Shown piece by piece: positions 62,879 through 64,000 of a DNA stretch of 64,000 nt (positions are counted from its first letter, which is position 1; each line of letters begins with the position of its first letter). The position numbers were made by a program, and so were the translations under genes. The DNA is taken from NCBI GenBank assembly GCA_001938485.1, contig MQRK01202524.1:1-64000 (forward strand), written 5' to 3'. The stretch is from Girardia tigrina (taxonomy: Eukaryota). The notes beneath the pieces are model-generated. The model did no database searches. It was given only the letters and a program-made list of their open reading frames with translations, and was not told the origin of the DNA.

Positions 62879-64000
62879 CTGTAATAATAACTTATTATAT
62901 TATTTATTTGTTCGTTTATTTATTTAATATACAATTTTCTCTCGAGTAGAGAAGTTTTAGTAAATATGGTTTCAGGCAATTAGATCAAATTATGAAGAAT
63001 AAAATTTATATTTTTTTATTTAAAATTTTTTAAAATAAATCTACAATCATGCTCAAGAATGAAGAAGATTGTAGATTTGGTCCGAAGATTCCGTTTTTAA
63101 ATTTCACAAATTGAAAAGTTCAAATATATTAATAAAAATATTTATTTTTTTTCAATTTATTTATAATTAATTAATTAATTAATATTTATTAAATATATTC
63201 TTGTTTCTCTTATAATTAATCATTAAAAAATTTATTCCTTTTTTATTGATTTAAATTTATTATTATTATATAATATAATTTATAAATTTTTGTTACTAGA
63301 CATTTCACTAAATGGTAAAGCGCAAACTGAAGGAGAAATTTGATAAATGTATAACATTTAGGGCACATAAAAACTGTTTTATGTTTTAAAAAATTTATAA
63401 TTACCATCAGTGTGAAAGTGAACTAAAAGACAAAATAACTTATGAAATTAAGTCACTTGTAATGATGAATATAAATAACGGGATAAATACTATTAACCCT
63501 TTTATTAACTCAAATTATTTAACTTATTAACGAGTCAAAGGAAGGATTAGAAGAATGTTATTTTAATTGATCACGAGATCGAGACAAGAATTAGTCGATT
63601 TCTTTTATTAAAAGGAATCGGTAAGTTACTTTAAGTTGTTGGCGTTTATGATCGCATTTATTTTGGATTGAAAAATAATGTCTGATGATAATATACAACG
63701 AGATATTTGATATTCTGTGTTAGCTTTAATTTCATTTGGTGATTTAGAAGTTGGGATTATGGAATTCTTTGGTATGGTTTAAGTTGTTTCTAAGTCCAGA
63801 TCTTTTGATAAATGACGTATACGGTATTTTAATTTTATTCATTTTATTTTAAATTTTAAAAATAAAAATAAAAATGTTGTATTCTGTTCGGAGGAATTAA
63901 TTGTCTGTTTTGTTGTTAAAATAGAAACGAGTGTTCCTTTCTGGTTCTTGTAAAAGTAAAATGAAAAAGCAGAATATGGCTACCGTACATCTCAACTGTG

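Noticed and set aside
1-64000. CRISPR arrays, tRNA/rRNA genes, prokaryotic operons
   Set aside because: No regularly spaced repeats or recognisable RNA genes were seen. The sequence is eukaryotic with spliceosomal introns.

Overview
Very AT-rich eukaryotic (animal) genomic DNA with (TA)n microsatellites and N-gaps. The TE spectrum and ~50-nt minimal introns suggest a planarian flatworm, but that is inference. One host gene runs on the minus strand: seven spliced exons (62878 to 31246, 903 nt, 301 aa in one open frame) of an SCYL2-like pseudokinase. Its first exon and C-terminal exons were not found in the window. The rest is mostly a decayed transposon landscape: mariner/Tc1/pogo, hAT-Buster, Chapaev3, MULE, piggyBac- and Kolobok-type MITEs, Gypsy LTR elements, Penelope remnants and RLE-type non-LTR retrotransposons. 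Main points of interest: (1) a near full-length RLE (R2/NeSL-group) non-LTR retrotransposon bounded by a perfect 24-25 bp terminal inverted repeat, with a minimal hammerhead ribozyme on the antisense strand at its 5' end; (2) a tandem pair of covarying minimal hammerheads 375 nt apart, upstream of a member of an unrecognised, repeated ORF family; (3) a -1 frameshift signal conserved in two Gypsy copies; (4) inverted LTR copies flanking an in-frame host exon; (5) a beta-tubulin 5' fragment missed by the ORF track. All analysis was by eye, with no searches or folding run.
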